Shown: positions 23,355 to 30,638 of the stretch, piece after piece
How positions within the stretch are numbered: position 1 is the first letter of the stretch
How the letters are laid out: the number at the start of each line of letters is the position of its first letter
Source: a virus
IMG/VR virus record: IMGVR_UViG_3300046674_000493
Location: 1 to 39,132 of that record
DNA length: 39,132 nucleotides
Reading direction: 5' to 3' (one strand)
Notes under the pieces: model-generated
The model's database searches: none
Seen by the model: the letters and a program-made list of their open reading frames with translations, nothing else
What the model was told of the DNA's origin: nothing
Position numbers and translations under genes: made by a program

Positions 23355-23911
23355 GCACCGTCCAGGGCAGAGCCGCCACCCGCCTGTACAGCGGCTCTGC
23401 CCTGGTCGCCCAGCGGATCGGCGCCTGGTTCGCCCCCGAGGAGCGGCCCGTCGCCGCGACCATCCGGTGCGGAGGCGCCCTGTGGGCAGGTGCGCACTTC
23501 GGGCCCGGGCTCCTCGACCACGGGCCGCTGCTGGCCGCGGCCAGCGTGTGCTGGTGCTGGGCAGCGTGGCGGGCCAAACCGATCGAGGACAAGTCGGAGC
23601 AGGACGGCGAGGCCGAGAGCCCGCAGCACACCGTCGAGGAGATCCGCACCGGCGTCCACCAGCTCCTCCACGCGGCCGTCGCCGGCCGCAACGGCGTCCA
23701 CCTCTCCGAGCTGCTCGACACCCTCCAGCAGGCCGGGCTCCTCGGCGCCGAGGTCACCCTCCCTGAGCTGCGCCGCGCACTGGACCGCTGGGGCATCCCC
23801 ACCCGCGACTCCCTCAAGGTCGCCGGCCTCAACCGCGCCGGCGTCCACCGCGACGACCTCCCGCCCCTTCCCGAACCCCTCCCCCAACCGGTCCTGGCCG
23901 ACGCCGGGTAG
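23351..23911 (+). CDS. Membrane protein with C-terminal winged-helix-like domain
   Basis: GTGA overlap. N-terminal hydrophobic and Trp/Cys-rich segments (LLAAASVCWCWAAW). C-terminal text VHLSELLDTLQQAGLLGAEVTLPELRRALDRWGIPT. Confidence 0.55.
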   Translation: MSTVQGRAATRLYSGSALVAQRIGAWFAPEERPVAATIRCGGALWAGAHFGPGLLDHGPLLAAASVCWCWAAWRAKPIEDKSEQDGEAESPQHTVEEIRTGVHQLLHAAVAGRNGVHLSELLDTLQQAGLLGAEVTLPELRRALDRWGIPTRDSLKVAGLNRAGVHRDDLPPLPEPLPQPVLADAG

Positions 23912-23912
23912 A

Positions 23913-23991
23913 GGTAGTTCCCGCAGGTCAGACCAGAACTACCCGCCCAACTACCCGACCGACTACGCGCCCCGACTACCTCACGACTACC
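23913..23991. repeat. Iteron array: one inverted plus five direct copies of RACTACC
   Basis: GGTAGTT at 23913-23919 (inverted copy). ACTAC cores start at 23938, 23950, 23962, 23975 and 23986, with spacing 12, 12, 13 and 11 nt. Non-coding, immediately after the stop at 23911. Confidence 0.6.
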
Positions 23992-24024
23992 GTGCCCGTC
24001 CCGGGATCGCCCGGGACGGGCACG
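23991..24024. terminator. Perfect 15-bp GC-rich hairpin
   Basis: CGTGCCCGTCCCGGG-ATCG-CCCGGGACGGGCACG. Confidence 0.6.
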
Positions 24025-24030
24025 CCGCTG

Positions 24031-24057
24031 TCCACAGCCCCATCCACAGCTGTGGAT
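24031..24057. promoter_or_regulatory. Operator-like 16-bp perfect palindrome plus extra half-site
   Basis: ATCCACAGCTGTGGAT at 24042-24057 with an upstream half-site TCCACAGC at 24031-24038. Lies about 31 nt upstream of the small HTH gene. Confidence 0.5.
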
Positions 24058-24088
24058 CACGTCGGCAGCCGGTGGCATCATCGGGTGC

Positions 24089-24256
24089 ATGCGCATCGTT
24101 GACACCGCCGCCGCCGAACTGGCCACCGGGGTCCGGGCCGGGACCCTGCGCCAGTGGCTGCGCCGCCGGCGCCTCACCGCGCACGGCCACGACTACTACG
24201 GGCGGGCCCTGGTCGACCTGGACGAGATCGCCGCGCTCAAGGCCCGCGCGAAGTAG
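24089..24256 (+). CDS. Small MerR/excisionase-family HTH protein (55 aa, not in ORF track)
   Basis: Translation MRIVDTAAAELATGVRAGTLRQWLRRRRLTAHGHDYYGRALVDLDEIAALKARAK. Strong GC3 bias. Stop TAG 24254-24256. Confidence 0.55.
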   Translation: MRIVDTAAAELATGVRAGTLRQWLRRRRLTAHGHDYYGRALVDLDEIAALKARAK

Positions 24257-24337
24257 GCGCTTGCCAAGATCCGCGAGCCTTGTAACACTGAACGCGGTAG
24301 CGCATGCCCAGAGGCAGGCGACCACAGACCACCGAAA

Positions 24338-24365
24338 GCCCCGCAGCCAGCACCTGGCGCGGGGC
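24338..24365. terminator. Hairpin after the small HTH gene
   Basis: Stem GCCCCGC(A)GCCAG / CTGGCGCGGGGC (12 bp with one bulged A) and a 3-nt loop. Confidence 0.5.
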
Positions 24366-24438
24366 CTTCGTCGTGAGGCATCGTCACAACTCGGACAAGG
24401 CACCATCGCTCTGGCGGCCGCACAGTCAGAGTTCGCCC

Positions 24439-24702
24439 ATGGGATTCATCAACAACGTCAAGGGCAGCATGGCCGGCGGCGCGGCCAAGACCGCGTACGA
24501 CCGCGGCGACCAGGTCTTCGTCTTCAAGGCCATCGAGGCCAACTCCAAGAGCACCAGCACCGGATCCATGCACGGCATGGCCGAGCAGATCCAGGCCATC
24601 GAGGCCGAAGGCTGGGCTCTCACCAACATGACAGCCGGCGAGGGCAAGACCGCGATGGGTGGCGAGCGCATCGCCCTGATCTGCCTCTTCCGCCGCCGCT
24701 GA
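24439..24702 (+). CDS. Hypothetical small protein
   Basis: ATG 24439, 87 aa (MGFINNVKGSMAGG...IQAIEAEGWALTNM...ALICLFRRR). No clear RBS. The upstream part of track ORF 24304 looks non-coding. Confidence 0.45.
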   Translation: MGFINNVKGSMAGGAAKTAYDRGDQVFVFKAIEANSKSTSTGSMHGMAEQIQAIEAEGWALTNMTAGEGKTAMGGERIALICLFRRR

Positions 24703-24761
24703 CAGGACACCACCACGGCCCGGCCCCGCAACGCGAGGTCGGGCCGCCCCGCGTCTGACCG

Positions 24762-25061
24762 TTACTCGCTGGCCGCCTTCTCGGCAGCCACCGGTACGGC
24801 AGCCGGCGTCGCTTCGCGAGTCAGGCCGATCGCCCCAGCGATCAGCGTCGCGCCCAGGACGATGAAGAACCAGGCCTGGTTGGCCCGGCCGACCAACGCC
24901 TCCGCACAGCCTGCCTTCTCCCTACCGAGCATGCTCGTCGGATCCGGCGCCCACCCGCTGCCGCAGTCGTCGCCGACCTTCCACAAGCCGTACGCCAGAC
25001 CCGCCACAACCAGGAAGCCACCCGCGACCGCCAGCGCTCGCACCACACGTTGAAGCACCAC
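24762..25061 (-). CDS. Reverse-strand two-TM membrane protein (moron candidate)
   Basis: Hydrophobic segments ALAVAGGFLVVAGLAYGLW and AWFFIVLGATLIAGAIGL flank a Cys-containing loop (DDCGSGW...KAGC). GTG starts at 25061, 25058 or 25046 avoid overlap with the HNH gene; the track start is 25133. Confidence 0.5.
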   Translation of the reverse strand: MVLQRVVRALAVAGGFLVVAGLAYGLWKVGDDCGSGWAPDPTSMLGREKAGCAEALVGRANQAWFFIVLGATLIAGAIGLTREATPAAVPVAAEKAASE

Positions 25062-25114
25062 ACACCCCCACCAGATCGACAGCAATCGCGCCAGCGTAGA
25101 GGTGAGGTGATCCA

Positions 25115-25471
25115 GTGGCCAGACGTCGCGCACTCACCGTCTGCTCCACCCCCGGCTGCCCCGAGTACACCGAGGCCGGCCGCTGCGCCGACCACCGCGC
25201 CCAAGCCGACGCACGCCGAGGTACCGCCCGCCAACGCGGCTACGGCGGCCAACACGAGAAGCGGTTCCGGCCCGCCGTCCTCGCCCGCGACCCCCAGTGC
25301 GTGCTGTGCAAGAGCAGGCCGAGCCAGCACGCCGACCACTACCCGTTGTCTCGGCGCGAACTGGTCGCCGCCGGGCAGGACCCGGACGACCCGCAGTTCG
25401 GCCGAGGCCTCTGCGGCCCCTGCCACTCCACCGAGACCGCACACCACCAACCCGGAGGGTGGAACACGTGA
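25115..25471 (+). CDS. HNH endonuclease
   Basis: Motifs CSTPGCP...GRCADH, CVLCKSRPSQHADHYPLSRRE and GLCGPCHSTET. Position upstream of the terminase genes is typical of cos-type HK97-like packaging. Confidence 0.9.
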   Translation: MARRRALTVCSTPGCPEYTEAGRCADHRAQADARRGTARQRGYGGQHEKRFRPAVLARDPQCVLCKSRPSQHADHYPLSRRELVAAGQDPDDPQFGRGLCGPCHSTETAHHQPGGWNT

Positions 25472-26031
25472 CGGCCTACCTCGACCAGCTCGCCCGCCAA
25501 CGTGACGAAGCCCAGCAGCTCCTCCACGACGCCGAGACCGAGCTCGCCGAACTTCGCCCCCTCCGCCGCCAGCTCTACGACGCCGAGACCGCCCAAGACG
25601 GCGCGTACCGCGAGCGTGCCCAGCTCGTGGCCTGGCTCGCCACCATCTACCCCGCCGTCATCACCCCCGACCCCAACGTCGATCCCAACAGCTGGCAGAT
25701 CCTCTACCTCACCGCTGGCGGCCACCAGCTGTCCTGGCACATCTCCGCCAACGACGTCGAGCTGTTCAACCACGTCGAACACGTCGGACCGGACGACCCG
25801 CGCGCCCAGTGGGACGGCCACACCACCGCGCAGAAGTACGAGGTAATCCGTGCCCTGGCCTCCACCCTCGCCCCTACCAGAGCGCCCCGCCAGGACGCCG
25901 CCTGCCGCGACAGCCACCCGGCCTACGACGCTGCCACTCGACTCCGAGTGTCCAACGGGCAATGCACCCGCTGCGGCCTCCTCATCCAAGACGACCGGGG
26001 CCAGTGGCGCGCCATCGCCGTGACCGCATGA
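25468..26031 (+). CDS. Hypothetical protein (WDGH-motif family)
   Basis: GTGA overlap. N-terminal coiled coil, then GGHQLSWHI and AQWDGHTTAQKYE motifs. Confidence 0.55.
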   Translation: MTAYLDQLARQRDEAQQLLHDAETELAELRPLRRQLYDAETAQDGAYRERAQLVAWLATIYPAVITPDPNVDPNSWQILYLTAGGHQLSWHISANDVELFNHVEHVGPDDPRAQWDGHTTAQKYEVIRALASTLAPTRAPRQDAACRDSHPAYDAATRLRVSNGQCTRCGLLIQDDRGQWRAIAVTA

Positions 26032-26297
26032 AGCCCTGGCCCCGTCGGAAACCGACCGCCCTGGCGCCGCGCGCCAACCCGACCCGCATCGCCGTCCTCG
26101 AACACGACCTCCTCGGTGTGCAGCCCGAGCCCGGCAGCCCGGCCGCTCTCGCCCTCGCGCTCCGCCGCACCAGCGACTGCATCACCCACCAGCCCGTAGA
26201 CATCACCACCCTCAGCGACCGACGCCCGGTCGGGCTGTGCCAGTCCTGCGGCCGGCACATGGTCCACGACACCAACGGAGAGTGGAGGATCGCGTGA
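26028..26297 (+). CDS. Hypothetical protein
   Basis: ATGA overlap; 89 aa. Confidence 0.5.
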   Translation: MKPWPRRKPTALAPRANPTRIAVLEHDLLGVQPEPGSPAALALALRRTSDCITHQPVDITTLSDRRPVGLCQSCGRHMVHDTNGEWRIA

Positions 26298-26671
26298 CCA
26301 GCCAGGTCCTGCTGACCATCGCCCGCGAACACATCGAGCGGCACCGCCTCGTCCTGCTGCTGTGGATCGAGGCCAACGGCATCGACTCGAAGCTCGTGCC
26401 GATCGACCAGCCGATCACCGTCGAGCAGGTCGGCGACCGCACCGTCATCTGCTACCGCGAGTACCAGCTCTCCACCGAGGGCAACAGGATGATCGACCCG
26501 GACAACCGCAACCAGGCGCTGACCCTGCGTCGGGCCACCGACCAACGCGTCCCGCTCGCCAGTATTGCCATCGAGCAGCTGCTCGCCGACGTCGCCACTG
26601 CTGCCCACGCGCACGCGCGCCCACTGCACCTGGTGTTCGAGCCGGCCGTCACCGAAGGGACGGAGTCGTGA
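26294..26671 (+). CDS. Hypothetical protein
   Basis: GTGA overlap; 125 aa. Confidence 0.5.
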   Translation: MTSQVLLTIAREHIERHRLVLLLWIEANGIDSKLVPIDQPITVEQVGDRTVICYREYQLSTEGNRMIDPDNRNQALTLRRATDQRVPLASIAIEQLLADVATAAHAHARPLHLVFEPAVTEGTES

Positions 26672-26847
26672 GCACCCACTCCGTGCAGGTGTACAGGCTG
26701 CCCGAGGGCGGCCTGATGGTCGCCGAGGAGCACACCTGGACGGCTGAGGAGTGCGCGCAGGCGCTCTGTGCCCTGGCCGGCAGGCACCCGGCGGCCGGCC
26801 ACGTCTGGTGGTCGACCACGGAGGGTGACCAGACCCCTGGGGGGTGA
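26668..26847 (+). CDS. Hypothetical small protein
   Basis: GTGA overlap; 59 aa. Confidence 0.4.
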   Translation: MSTHSVQVYRLPEGGLMVAEEHTWTAEECAQALCALAGRHPAAGHVWWSTTEGDQTPGG

Positions 26848-27006
26848 CCCCCAACTCGGTGGGCACCAGGACCGCCGGGGAGGGACCTCGCTGTGTGTAC
26901 GGGTCTGGAGTTCCAGAATCGAGCGTCGAGTGACGCTGTGTGACCCCAGCCCGGCCGCAACGGCCGGGCGCTGACGTGCCGCAACGGCACCCCCGGAGGT
27001 GATCAC
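26848..27006. promoter_or_regulatory. Candidate cos / terminase-recognition region
   Basis: Non-coding gap directly upstream of terminase. Direct repeats CGCTGTGTG at 26889 and 26934. Twin hairpins share the loop context CCG-CAA-CGG (26949-26969 and 26976-26990). There is a locally lower-GC patch. Confidence 0.3.
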
Positions 27007-27621
27007 ATGGGAGGCATGGGCCCGGCGCCGAAGCCGACGTCCGAGCGGCGCCGACGCAACGTCACGGCCGCCACGACCAGGCTGCCCGCCGGCGGCCGTA
27101 CCGGCGACGCACCGCGCTGGCCACTGCTGGCCGACATCGTCATGGTCGAGCAGCGCGACTCCGCGCGGCGCCTGGCCGACGAGCTTGAACTCCAGCTCCT
27201 GGAGCCCGACCTGACCGGCCGCGCCCGTTCGTCCGCACAGAAGAAGCACGACGCCGCGAACAGCTCGGCCAACATCCTCGACCGCCAGCTCGAAGCGCAG
27301 GCCGAGGTCGAGGCCGAACTGTGGACCGAGCTGTGGGCCACCCCGCAGGCCGCTGCCTGGGAGCGCCTCGGCTGGACCCGCGAGGTCGCCCAGTACGTCC
27401 GCTGGAAGGTGAAGGCGGAGGGCGGCGACCTGGACGCCTCGAAGGAGGCCCGCCAGCTCGCCGACCGGCTCGGTCTCAACCCGCTGGCGATGCTGCGGCT
27501 GCGCTGGGAAGTTGCCGAGGACGAGGTCGGCGAACAGCGCCAGCAGCGAACGGCCGCACGACGGCCGGCGAGTGCCCAGCGCCGGCTGAAGGTGGTTGAC
27601 CCCGGTGTGGCGGGGGCCTGA
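27007..27621 (+). CDS. Terminase small subunit (P27-like)
   Basis: ATG after GGAGGT. N-terminal GPAPKPTSERRRRN and WTELWATPQAAAWERLGW motifs are typical of the P27-family small subunit. Directly precedes TerL. Confidence 0.8.
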   Translation: MGGMGPAPKPTSERRRRNVTAATTRLPAGGRTGDAPRWPLLADIVMVEQRDSARRLADELELQLLEPDLTGRARSSAQKKHDAANSSANILDRQLEAQAEVEAELWTELWATPQAAAWERLGWTREVAQYVRWKVKAEGGDLDASKEARQLADRLGLNPLAMLRLRWEVAEDEVGEQRQQRTAARRPASAQRRLKVVDPGVAGA

Positions 27622-29176
27622 GTACCCGGGCGAGTTCCCCAGCCTGGGCTGGCAGGTCGGGGAATGGATCGAGGAGCACTGCGTCATCCCGGACGGCGAC
27701 CGCCTGGGCCACCCGTACCTCCTCACGGACGAAATGTGGACGTTCCTGGCCTGGCACTACCGGCTGAAGCCGGATGCCACGGAGGACGGTTGGGCGTCTG
27801 CCTGGGAGTTCCGACGTAGCCAGCTGGTGCGCCCGCAGAAGTGGGGCAAAGGGCCGCTCACGGCCGCGATGATCTGCGCCGAGGCGGTCGGCCCGGTGCG
27901 GTTCGCTGGCTGGGACGCGGCCGGGGAGCCACTCGGCCGGGAGTGGGCAACGCCCTGGATCCAGGTCACCGCGACCAGCGAGGACCAGACGGACAACGTC
28001 TACCGCGCGCTCCGCCCGATGATCGACGAAGGGCCGCTGGCCGACTGGATCCCGGACACCGGGGAGACCCGGATCAACGTTCCGGGCGGCGGCCTCATCG
28101 AGCCCGTCACCAGCTCGAAGAACGCCCGCCTCGGCCAGCGCATCACCTTCGCCGTCCAGGACGAGACGCACTGCTGGACGGAGTCGAACGGCGGCTGGTC
28201 GATCGCCGCGACCCAGCGTCGCAACCTGTCGGGCACCGGCGGCCGGGCGGTCGAGACCACCAACGCCTGGGACCCGTCGGAGCAGTCCGTTGCTCAGCGC
28301 ACCCAGGAGAGTCCGGTCAAGGACGTCCATCGCGACCACCGGATGCCGCCGCCAGCCTCGCTGAAGAACAAGGCCGAGAGGCGCCGGTCCCTGCGGATCG
28401 CGTACGGCGACTCGGCGAAGCGCCCGGGCGGCTGGGTCGACCTGGACCGCATCGACGGCGAGCTGCAGGAGATCGCCGAGACCGACCCGGCCCAGGCGGA
28501 ACGCTTCTACCTGAACCGGATCGTGGCCGGCACCGGCGCGTGGCTGGACCGGGACCGCTGGGACCAGCGCGCCGACAAGGCCCGCGTACTGCCCACCCGG
28601 CCGAGGATCGTCCTCGGTTTCGACGGCTCCGACCTGGACGACTGGAGTGCCTTCCGGGCCGAGACCCTGGACGGCTTCCAGTTCACGCCGACGTACGGGC
28701 CCGACGCCCGGCCGACGGTGTGGAACCCGGCCGAGTGGGGCGGCCAGGTGCCGCGCCTTGAGGTCGACGCAGCACTCGACGAGCTGATGCGCGTCTACGA
28801 CGTCGTCCGGCTGTACGCCGACCCGCCGTACTGGGAGAGCGAGTTGGATGCCTGGGTCGACAAGTACGGCGACAAGCGGGTCATCCGATGGGCAACCTAC
28901 CGGGCGACGCAGATGCACGCGGCGGCCGAGCGGCTCGTCACCGACGTCTGCAAGAAGGACACGACGTGGCGGCACGACGGCTGCCCGCTGACGGCGGCGC
29001 ACGTCGCCAACGCCCGCAAGGCGGCGCGGCCCGGCAACCGGTACGTGCTCCGCAAGGCCTCCGTCGCCCAGAAGATCGACCTCGCCGTCACCAGCATCCT
29101 CGCCCACGAGGCCGCCGGCGACGCCATCGCCGCAGGCGAGGCCAACGGCCAGAAGTTCTACGTCTACACCGGATAG
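27596..29176 (+). CDS. Terminase large subunit
   Basis: 526 aa. N-terminal text FPSLGWQVGEWIEEHCVIPDG...LTDEMWTFLAWHYRL is typical of HK97/Terminase_1-type TerL. A likelier start is GTG 27605, 9 nt after GAAGGTGG. Confidence 0.92.
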   Translation: MTPVWRGPEYPGEFPSLGWQVGEWIEEHCVIPDGDRLGHPYLLTDEMWTFLAWHYRLKPDATEDGWASAWEFRRSQLVRPQKWGKGPLTAAMICAEAVGPVRFAGWDAAGEPLGREWATPWIQVTATSEDQTDNVYRALRPMIDEGPLADWIPDTGETRINVPGGGLIEPVTSSKNARLGQRITFAVQDETHCWTESNGGWSIAATQRRNLSGTGGRAVETTNAWDPSEQSVAQRTQESPVKDVHRDHRMPPPASLKNKAERRRSLRIAYGDSAKRPGGWVDLDRIDGELQEIAETDPAQAERFYLNRIVAGTGAWLDRDRWDQRADKARVLPTRPRIVLGFDGSDLDDWSAFRAETLDGFQFTPTYGPDARPTVWNPAEWGGQVPRLEVDAALDELMRVYDVVRLYADPPYWESELDAWVDKYGDKRVIRWATYRATQMHAAAERLVTDVCKKDTTWRHDGCPLTAAHVANARKAARPGNRYVLRKASVAQKIDLAVTSILAHEAAGDAIAAGEANGQKFYVYTG

Positions 29177-29186
29177 GGGGTGGCCC

Positions 29187-30635
29187 ATGGCAACCGAAGC
29201 GGACGCCCGCAGGCTCGTGGACATCCTCGCGTCCGAGCTGGGCACGCGCGCGGGGCTCGTGACCAGGAACTCGAACTACTACCGCGGCAAGCACCCGCTG
29301 CGGTTCGCGAGCAAGGAGTTCCGCGAGTACTTCGCCGAGCAGTACGCCGGCTTCTCGGACAACTGGGTCCAGCCGGTCAGCGACTCCCCGGTGGAACGCC
29401 TCACCGTAGTCGGTATCCAGGCGGCTGGGCAGATGGAGGCCGACTCGGAGCTGTGGCAGGTCTGGCAGCGCAACGGCCTCGACGCCGACAGTCAGCTCGG
29501 GTTCCTCGGCGCGGTCACCTCCGCGCGCTGCCACGTACTGGTGTGGGGCGACCCGAAGAACCCGGACCTGCCGGTCGTCACCTTCGAGGACGCCTCGTCG
29601 TCGATCGTGGCGTACGAGCCCGGGTCGCGGCGCCGGCGCCGGGCGGCGCTGAAGATGTGGCAGGACGGGATGTGCGAGTACGCCACCCTCTACCTGCCGA
29701 CCGAAGTCTGGAAGTTCGAGCGCCCGCTGGGGCCCGGGCCGAAGAAGTCCCCGCAGATGGCGGAGGCCGACAAGGCCCTGGACGCCTGGGAGCCCCGGGA
29801 AACCGAGGACGAACCGAACCCGCAGCCGAACCCGATCGGCGTCGTGCCGATGGTGGAGCTGCCGAACCGCCCGCTCCTGGCGGAGGACCCGATCTCGGAC
29901 GTGTCCGGCGTGATCGCCATGCAGGACGCGATCAACCTGCTGTGGGCCCAGCTGTTCACCGCCGCCGACTTCGCATCCCTGGCCCAGCGCATCGTGATCG
30001 GCGCCGAGGTGCCCAAGATGCCGATCCTCGACGCGAACGGTCAGAAGGTCGGCGAGAGGCCGATCGACCTGAAGAAGTTCGCCAAGGACCGCGTTCTGTG
30101 GCTGGAGAACCCCAACGCCAAGGTCGACTCCTGGCCGGCGGCGAACCTCACGGCCTACACCGAGGTCATCACCGTCGCCGTCGGCCACATCGCCGCGCAG
30201 ACCCGCACCCCGCAGCACTACCTCATCGGCAAGATGGCCAACCTGTCCGGTGACGCCCTGCTCGCCGCCGAAACCGGCCTCGTCATGAAGGCCAAGGAGA
30301 AACAGCTCTGGTTCGGGCAGGCCCTGCGTGAGGTCTTCCAGCTGATCGCCCTCGCCCAGGGCGAGCGTGCCAAGGCCGATGCGGTGGCCGGCGGCATGGT
30401 GCTGTGGGCGGACGCGGAGACCCGCAGCATCGCCGCCCTCACCGACTCCCTGCTGAAGCTCAAGCAGGTCGGATTCCCCTTCGAGTTCCTCGCCCGGCGC
30501 TTCGGCCTCACCCCGACCGAGGTGTCCGACCTCATGGCGATGCGCGAGCGCGAGGCGGCGGCCGACCCGGTCTCCGCCCTGCTGGCCGGCAAGCCCGGCC
30601 TCGCCCCGCCGCCTGCTCCGGTCCCGGCGGGGTAA
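29187..30635 (+). CDS. Portal protein (SPP1 gp6-like)
   Basis: 482 aa directly after TerL. Text YYRGKHPLRFASKEFREYF...FSDNWVQPV is typical of gp6-type portals. Confidence 0.9.
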   Translation: MATEADARRLVDILASELGTRAGLVTRNSNYYRGKHPLRFASKEFREYFAEQYAGFSDNWVQPVSDSPVERLTVVGIQAAGQMEADSELWQVWQRNGLDADSQLGFLGAVTSARCHVLVWGDPKNPDLPVVTFEDASSSIVAYEPGSRRRRRAALKMWQDGMCEYATLYLPTEVWKFERPLGPGPKKSPQMAEADKALDAWEPRETEDEPNPQPNPIGVVPMVELPNRPLLAEDPISDVSGVIAMQDAINLLWAQLFTAADFASLAQRIVIGAEVPKMPILDANGQKVGERPIDLKKFAKDRVLWLENPNAKVDSWPAANLTAYTEVITVAVGHIAAQTRTPQHYLIGKMANLSGDALLAAETGLVMKAKEKQLWFGQALREVFQLIALAQGERAKADAVAGGMVLWADAETRSIAALTDSLLKLKQVGFPFEFLARRFGLTPTEVSDLMAMREREAAADPVSALLAGKPGLAPPPAPVPAG

Positions 30636-30638
30636 GCG

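Noticed and set aside
23913-23991. CRISPR array
   Set aside because: The repeat unit is only about 7 nt with an 11-13 nt period. There are no spacers of CRISPR length and no cas genes. It was classified as an iteron array.
12698-24256. A conjugative AICE (TraB/FtsK translocase, Rep) hidden among the early genes
   Set aside because: No ORF with a Walker-A GxxxxGK(S/T) motif or FtsK-like text was seen by eye. A full virion and lysis gene set is present, so the element is a phage. Only the membrane cluster is Spd-like.
24261-24365. Stand-alone small RNA gene (TTGCCA-N16-TAACAC promoter-like sequence followed about 50 nt later by a 12-bp hairpin)
   Set aside because: The -10 element is poor, and the hairpin is equally well explained as the terminator of the small HTH gene ending at 24256. 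It was kept only as a terminator feature.
23490-24758. 422-aa + strand ORF spanning the iteron region (translating the repeats as NYPPNYPTDY...)
   Set aside because: Its composition is Arg/Pro/Ser-rich. It overlaps the well-supported 23351..23911 gene out of frame and then runs through hairpins and palindromes. The repeats are better explained as DNA elements.
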